DNA of 64,000 nt from Alphaproteobacteria bacterium (GTDB taxonomy: Bacteria > Pseudomonadota > Alphaproteobacteria > TMED109): positions 269,986 to 333,985 of the forward strand of contig OZ241893.1 in NCBI GenBank assembly GCA_965203385.1. The letters are read 5' to 3'. A program made the position numbers and the translations under genes. Below the pieces are notes generated by a model. The model worked only from the letters and a program-made list of their open reading frames with translations. It had not been told where the DNA came from and searched no databases. Every line of letters starts with the position of its first letter. The first letter of the stretch is position 1. Of this stretch, positions 58,663-64,000 are shown piece after piece.

Positions 58663-59425
58663 CGTCCTGCTCGAGACCCGGAACCTCGGGAAGCAGTTCG
58701 GGGCGGTGGTGGCGGCGGCCGACGTGAACGTCTCGGTCGAGGCGGGGGAGATCGTCGGCGTGATCGGTGCCAACGGCGCCGGCAAGACCACCTTCTGCAA
58801 CATGGTCACCGGCTATCTGGCGCCCGACCGGGGGGCGATCCGGTTCCGGGGCCGGGACCTCACCGGCTGTACGGTCGAGCAGGCCACGGCCGCCGGCATT
58901 CACCGCTCGTTCCAGATCCCGCAGCTGTTTCCGGGTCTCACGGTCCACGAGAACCTGCTGCTCGCCGTCGGCGTCTACGGACACCGCCGTCCGCCCTGGT
59001 GGCAGCCGCTCGTCCAGCCCGGCGTGGCGGCGGAAGCGCGGCGGATCATGACCTGGTACGGCATCGCGGATTCGGCCGCCCAGCGGGTGAACCGGCTGCC
59101 GCAGGGAGACCGCAAGCTGCTCGACATCGCGATGGCGATGGTCGGGCAGCCGGCGATGCTCCTGCTGGATGAACCGACCAGCGGGATCAGCACGACCATG
59201 AAGTTCGACGTGATGGACAAGGTGATCGAGGCGCTCCGCCGGTCGTCCACGACCGTCCTGTTCGTCGAACACGACATGGAGGTGGTCGGGCGCTACGCCA
59301 GCCGGGTGATCGCCTTCCGGGAGGGCCGGATCCTCGCCGACGGCCCGCCGCCGGCAGTGCTGGAGGACCCGTCGGTCATCGAGCACGTGGTCGGCCGGCC
59401 GCCGGAGCGGGCCGCCGATGCTTGA
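58655..59425 (+). CDS. livG: ABC transporter ATP-binding protein (LivG-like)
   Basis: Walker A GANGAGKTT, signature-like LPQGDRKLLDIA, Walker B LLLDEP. Confidence 0.85.
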   Translation: MPDVLLETRNLGKQFGAVVAAADVNVSVEAGEIVGVIGANGAGKTTFCNMVTGYLAPDRGAIRFRGRDLTGCTVEQATAAGIHRSFQIPQLFPGLTVHENLLLAVGVYGHRRPPWWQPLVQPGVAAEARRIMTWYGIADSAAQRVNRLPQGDRKLLDIAMAMVGQPAMLLLDEPTSGISTTMKFDVMDKVIEALRRSSTTVLFVEHDMEVVGRYASRVIAFREGRILADGPPPAVLEDPSVIEHVVGRPPERAADA

Positions 59426-60062
59426 GGTCCGGGAGCTCACGGTCAAGCTCGCCGGCAGCACGATCCTGCACGGGGTCGGGTTGACGGTGCAGGGCTTCAC
59501 GGGGCTGGTCGGACGCAACGGCGCCGGCAAGACCACGCTGATGCGGGCGGTGATGGGCCTGACACCCAGCCACGCCGGCCGGGTCCTGCTGGACGGCGAG
59601 GACCTCACGGCGGTCCCCGCCCACGCCCGCGCCCGTCGGGGGATCGGGTACCTGCCCGAGGACCGCAGGCTGATTCCCAGTCTGTCGGTCGAGGAGAACC
59701 TGCTGCTCCCGGCCTGGGGGGCCGGGCGGGCTGACGGTACCGCCCGCTGCGCGCGCGCCTATGACCACATTCCGGAAGTCGCGGACCTGCGCACGCGCCG
59801 GGCGGAGCAGCTGTCGGGCGGGCAGCAGAAACTGGTCGCGCTGGCGCGCGCCCTGGTGGCCGGCGACCAGGCCCTGTTGCTGGACGAACCCTTCGAGGGG
59901 GTGGCCCCGGCCCTCGCGCTCCGGTTGTCGGAAGTCCTGGCCGGCGTGCAGCAGGAGGGCACGACGGTGCTCATCGCGGAATCCGAAATGGAACGCGCCG
60001 GCAATCTCTTCGACCACACCTACCTGATCGAGCGCGGTGCCGTCGACTCCCGGCGCGTGTGA
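59418..60062 (+). CDS. livF: ABC transporter ATP-binding protein (LivF-like)
   Basis: Walker A GRNGAGKTT, signature LSGGQQK, Walker B LLLDEP. Confidence 0.85.
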   Translation: MLEVRELTVKLAGSTILHGVGLTVQGFTGLVGRNGAGKTTLMRAVMGLTPSHAGRVLLDGEDLTAVPAHARARRGIGYLPEDRRLIPSLSVEENLLLPAWGAGRADGTARCARAYDHIPEVADLRTRRAEQLSGGQQKLVALARALVAGDQALLLDEPFEGVAPALALRLSEVLAGVQQEGTTVLIAESEMERAGNLFDHTYLIERGAVDSRRV

Positions 60063-60294
60063 TTCTCGAATGGCCGGGTCATGGCACTACGAATACGAAT
60101 GGAAAACCCCGCTTCGATTCCGTAGTAACAGCCGGAACATCGTAGAGCAGATTGATCGTGGAAAAATCGCAGACCGGGCGGCTGATTTTCGCGAAATCGG
60201 CCAAATCCGTGCAAGATTCCGAGTGCCGATCAGAAAAGATCTTTTGCTTTCAGCGCATTAGAATTGACGGTTCACCGCACAGAAATCACACCCC
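60061..60294 (+). repeat. 234-bp non-coding repeat, copy 1 (direct repeat of 61847..62080)
   Basis: Aligned by eye with copy 2. Long identical blocks include CCCCGCTTCGATTCCGTAGTAACAGCCGGAACATCGTAG and GACGGTTCACCG.ACAGAAATCACACCCC. GC content is lower than the flanks. Confidence 0.8.
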
Positions 60295-60460
60295 ACCCGC
60301 ATCATGCAAATATCCGTGCGGCAACGGTGCCGGCCCGGGATTCTGCGAAGGGGTAGCGTCGTCGGAAGTGCCGGGCGCCGGACCGCCGGAGCGGCAGCCG
60401 GGGAAACGCCCGTGCGCACCATAGGAACCGGCGCTGCGCAGGGAGAGGGCCCTGTCCCGA

Positions 60461-60650
60461 CAGCGTCTACCCATCGGCATCCAAGATTTCCGGCGCCTCC
60501 GGGAGAGCGGCAGTTATTATGTCGACAAGACCCCGCTGATCCGGCAACCGGCCGAACCGGGCGATCACTATTTCCTGTCGCACCCGCGCCGCTTCGGCAA
60601 GAATCTGCTGTTCGATCCGCTGCGCTCGCCGTTCGCCTGTCACCATCCGC
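60461..60650 (+). pseudogene. N-terminal fragment of a predicted AAA-ATPase/DUF1703-type (PD-(D/E)XK-associated) gene
   Basis: RLPIGIQDFRRLRESGSYYVDKTPLIRQPAEPGDHYFLSHPRRFGKNLL matches the conserved N-terminus of that family. It has no start codon and no continuation. Confidence 0.5.
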
Positions 60651-60860
60651 CCACCCGTGATCCGGCCGAAGCGGGGGTGGATACCGCCGCCGGCGAGCGC
60701 CTCGCAACCGTGCCGGGCAAGGGACCGCCGCCACGCCGCGGGATCGAACCGGCGGGTGCGGCGGAACCGGTTCTGGTGTTGCCTCGAAGCCGTGTCACGG
60801 GCACCCTCTCCCGTAGTGCGCCGGCCGCCACCCCAACCCGAGTTTGTCTGGAGACCCTGC

Positions 60861-61823
60861 ATGCCTCTGCCTTCGGCCCCGCATGACGCCCTGTTCCGCC
60901 AGCTCGTCTCCGATCCCGGACGCGCAGCGGCCCTGCTGCACGACTACCTGCCGTCCGAGGTCGTCGCACGGCTCGATCCCGACCATGTGCCCGAGCACCT
61001 CGAGGGCACCGCCATCGACGGCGACGGCCTGGCCACGCAGGCAGACGCCATCTTCCGGGTGCGGATGAAGGACGGCGCCTCGGCCACGATATACGCATTA
61101 CTCGAACACAAGGCAAAAGCTGATGTCCACACGCCGCTGCAGCTGATGCGCTATGTCCTGCGGATCTGGATGGCGGACCTCGATCGTGGGGAGCGGTCCG
61201 CCGGGCGATTGCCGCTGGTCATCCCCATCGTCTTCTTCAACGGCCGCAAACCGTGGACCGTACCGCTCTCGATCGTGGACATGATCGATGCCCCCGAGGG
61301 TCTCGGCCATCTCGCCCGCAACTTTGGAACCTATGCGCTGCGCGACCTCTCCCGCATGGCCTCCGACGACCTCTCGACCGACCCGGCCGTGCGCAGCGCC
61401 CTGCTCGCGCTGGCCCGGGCCTTCGCCGACGACGTCACCGAATCGGAAGCCGATACGCTGGTGGTGACGATTTCCGATAGAGAGTTCGGGCGCTACATGC
61501 TAATGTACATAACCGAGCAGGTCAGTCTGTCGCCCGAGCGCATCGAGGCCGCGCTCAAGCGCATCGGCACTGCTCCTGAAGAAGTGGAGGCACTGATGGG
61601 AACCGCAGCCCAGGTCTGGTTGGAACAAGGCGAAGCCCGGGGCGAAGCCCGGGGCAAATCAGAAACGCTCGCCCGACAGCTTGAGCGTCGTTTCGGCCTT
61701 CCGCCCAATGAGATCCGGGCACACATTGCCGGTGCCGACCTTGAACAGCTCGACCGGTGGCTTGACGCCGTGCTTGATGCGCCGAACCTTGATGCGGTCT
61801 TTCGTTCGAACCCGAAACACTGA
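60861..61823 (+). CDS. Rpn/YhgA-like recombination-promoting nuclease / putative transposase (PD-(D/E)XK)
   Basis: The ATG at 60861 lies in ORF 60657..61823. HDALFRQL, DAIFRV...IYALLEHKA and IPIVFFNGRKPW are family hallmarks. Confidence 0.75.
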   Translation: MPLPSAPHDALFRQLVSDPGRAAALLHDYLPSEVVARLDPDHVPEHLEGTAIDGDGLATQADAIFRVRMKDGASATIYALLEHKAKADVHTPLQLMRYVLRIWMADLDRGERSAGRLPLVIPIVFFNGRKPWTVPLSIVDMIDAPEGLGHLARNFGTYALRDLSRMASDDLSTDPAVRSALLALARAFADDVTESEADTLVVTISDREFGRYMLMYITEQVSLSPERIEAALKRIGTAPEEVEALMGTAAQVWLEQGEARGEARGKSETLARQLERRFGLPPNEIRAHIAGADLEQLDRWLDAVLDAPNLDAVFRSNPKH

Positions 61824-61846
61824 TTGGTGAGGCCCGGATCGGGTAT

Positions 61847-62080
61847 GATTTTCGAGTGGCAGGGTCATGGCACCACGAAGACGGGTGGAAACCCCGCTTC
61901 GATTCCGTAGTAACAGCCGGAACATCGTAGGGCCTGTTGATCGTGGAACAATTGCAGGCCCGGCGGCTGATTTTCGCGAGATCGGCCAAATCCGTGCAGG
62001 ATTCCGAATGCAGATCAGAAAAGCTCGTTTGATTTCCATGCACTAGAAATTGACGGTTCACCGTACAGAAATCACACCCC
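61847..62080 (+). repeat. 234-bp non-coding repeat, copy 2
   Basis: See copy 1. It has the same length and orientation. Confidence 0.8.
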
Positions 62081-62178
62081 TCCCGGCGCGCTCCGCCGGC
62101 CTGAGAACGCCGCCCGGCCCCAGCCGCTCCGTGCACCGTCCGCGGCTGGACCGGCGCAAGGACCGCGCCGCGCCCCGG

Positions 62179-62970
62179 CTAGCGGCCCCGGAAGACCGGG
62201 TCCCGCTTCTCGACGAAGGCCCTGGCCGCTTCCAGGTGATCGTCGGTGAAGCCCGACCGGGCATGGTTGCGGGCCTCGGCATCGAGCGCCTCGGAGAGGG
62301 AAGCGGTCCAGGTGCCGTTCAGGTTCTGCTTGATGTAGCCCAGCGCCACCCGGGGCCCGGCGGTGAACCGCTCGGCCAGGGCCCGCGTCTCGTCCTCCAG
62401 CGCATCCGCGGGCACCACGCGGTTCACGATCCCGAGCGCGTGCGCCTCGGCGGCCGGGAGCCGGGCAGCGGTGAGATAGAGCTCCTTCGCCCGCCCGGCG
62501 CCCACCAGTCTCGAGAGGAACCAGGAGCCGCCGAAATCTCCCGACAGGCCCACCTTCGCGAAGGCGGTCGTGACCATCACGGTCTCGTCGGCGAGGCGCA
62601 GGTCGCAGGCCAGCGCGATCGACAGACCGGCGCCGGCGGCCGGCCCGCGCATCATAGCGAGGACCGGCTTCGGCATCTCATGGATGACCCGGGTCACCTC
62701 CATCCGGCGCCGCAGCGCCTCGGTCCGATCCTCCAGGCCGTCTTTCTGCAGCGAGCCCTGCGCCATGCCGGTGACATCGCCGCCGGCACAGAACCCGCGT
62801 CCGGCGCCGCTCAGCACGACGCATCCGGTCTCCCGGTCGGCGGCGAGCCGTCCGAGGGCATCGAGCAGGGCATCCAGCATCGCGTTGCTGAGAGCGTTCA
62901 GGCGCTCCGGACGGTTCAGCGTCAGCCACGCCACGCCGCCCTCACGTCGTTCCAGGAGATGATCGGTCAT
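62179..62970 (-). CDS. enoyl-CoA hydratase/isomerase (crotonase) family protein
   Basis: The ATG at 62970 lies in ORF 62179..63180. LTLNRPERLNAL and GAGRGFCAGGDV are present. Confidence 0.85.
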   Translation of the reverse strand: MTDHLLERREGGVAWLTLNRPERLNALSNAMLDALLDALGRLAADRETGCVVLSGAGRGFCAGGDVTGMAQGSLQKDGLEDRTEALRRRMEVTRVIHEMPKPVLAMMRGPAAGAGLSIALACDLRLADETVMVTTAFAKVGLSGDFGGSWFLSRLVGAGRAKELYLTAARLPAAEAHALGIVNRVVPADALEDETRALAERFTAGPRVALGYIKQNLNGTWTASLSEALDAEARNHARSGFTDDHLEAARAFVEKRDPVFRGR

Positions 62971-63037
62971 CCGTGAGCCTCTTCCGAACATGGCCGGCCG
63001 TGGAGGCTGCCGCGCTGCCGACCGCGGCGCCGGATCG

Positions 63038-63880
63038 CTACAGCGCCTCCGTCGCGGCGAACAGCCAGTAGGCCTCCCGGGCCGCACGATACAGGGGCCC
63101 CACCGCAAAGGTCCGGTCATCGACGCGGACCACCGGCAGGACCTTGCCCCAGTTGCCGGTGCTGAACACCTCGTCCGCACCCAGCACGTCGTCGACCGAG
63201 ACGGTCCGTTCCACCACCTCGATCCCCCGGGCGCGCAGCAGCCGGGCCACCCGCTGCTTGGTGATCCCGTTGAGGAAGGTCCGGTTCCAGACGGGGGTCA
63301 CCGCCATCCCGTCGATGCCCAGCCAGATGTTGGCCGAGGCGAGTTCCGCCACGTTGCCCTCTCCGTCGAGCATCAGGGCGTTGTCGAACCCCCGCCGCCC
63401 GGCGTCCTGCAGGGCCCGTGACCCGTTCGGGTACAGACACGAGGCCTTGGCCTCGGTCGGCGCCATGTCCGGGCCGGGCCGCCGGAACGGACTTACGGTG
63501 ATCGCCGTCCCGGTGGGAGCCGGCATCGGCATGCGCATGAGCGACAGCAGGAAGCGCGTGCTCCCCGGCTCGGGCGTGAGGAACCCGCGCTGGGCGTAGA
63601 GCGACGGCCGGATATAGACCTCGGCTCCCGGCTCGAACCGGCGCGCGCCCGCGCGCGCGATCTTCTCGATTGCGGCTGCGGAAAGCGGCTGGTCCAGCCC
63701 CATGACCGCCGCCGAGCGAAGGAGCCGCTCGCAGTGCGGCCCGAGGTCGGGGACGCAATTCTCGAAGAGCCGCGCACCGTCAAACACGGCAGTCCCGTGC
63801 ATGTAGCTCTGGCTCAGCGCGCCGATGAGCGGCGGGTCGCCTTCGTGCCAGGCTCCGTCCGCGTAAACAAGGCTGTCCAT
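63038..63880 (-). CDS. class IV aminotransferase (branched-chain amino acid aminotransferase-like)
   Basis: 280 aa. YMHGTAVFDGARLF, YIRPSLY and NVAELASANIW are present. Confidence 0.75.
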   Translation of the reverse strand: MDSLVYADGAWHEGDPPLIGALSQSYMHGTAVFDGARLFENCVPDLGPHCERLLRSAAVMGLDQPLSAAAIEKIARAGARRFEPGAEVYIRPSLYAQRGFLTPEPGSTRFLLSLMRMPMPAPTGTAITVSPFRRPGPDMAPTEAKASCLYPNGSRALQDAGRRGFDNALMLDGEGNVAELASANIWLGIDGMAVTPVWNRTFLNGITKQRVARLLRARGIEVVERTVSVDDVLGADEVFSTGNWGKVLPVVRVDDRTFAVGPLYRAAREAYWLFAATEAL

Positions 63881-64000
63881 CCGTTCCTCCCGGTCCCGCC
63901 CGGCCCGGTAATCCGCGCCGCCCGGGTGACCGTCCGGACCGCTCCAGGGGCATCCATTTGGCGTTGGGCGAAAGGCAAAGTACCATGCCCCGAACGTCGA

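Overview
This is a 64-kb high-GC (roughly 60-65%) proteobacterial-type chromosomal segment. About 2.9-36.9 kb is an accessory region crowded with mobile elements. It holds an AbiEi/AbiEii module whose toxin gene is split by an IS110/IS1111-like element. It also holds a dead IS1380-family element with a 4,632-bp IS21-family element nested inside it, and a second, inverted copy of that IS21-family element inside hipA. Other contents are decayed toxin-antitoxin pairs (DUF433/DUF5615-like, Phd/VapC-like), a decayed DUF3800-like gene, an XRE-HTH plus unknown 327-aa gene pair, and a type III-like restriction-modification operon with an embedded MntA/HepT module. Interspersed among these are nrdB, a class V aminotransferase and an orphan form-II CoxL-like subunit. 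The right half is mostly core functions. These are a quinoprotein relay cluster with a lanthanide-type XoxF methanol dehydrogenase (xoxFGJ), MmgE/PrpD, an HCCA-isomerase-like DsbA protein, hspQ and tRNA-Thr(CGU). They continue with a CzcCBA-like RND efflux operon, dusA, livHMGF without a binding protein, an Rpn/YhgA-like nuclease gene bracketed by 234-bp direct repeats, an enoyl-CoA hydratase and a class IV aminotransferase. The most unusual item is the IS21-family element, which carries three extra intact ORFs: a Cys-rich zinc-ribbon-like ORF, a Toprim/DUF3991-like ORF translationally coupled to istB, and a 100-aa ORF flanked by CGTTACGTAACG palindromes. It is present in two copies, each with its own 5-bp target duplication. 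All family assignments come from reading the translations by eye; no database search was possible.
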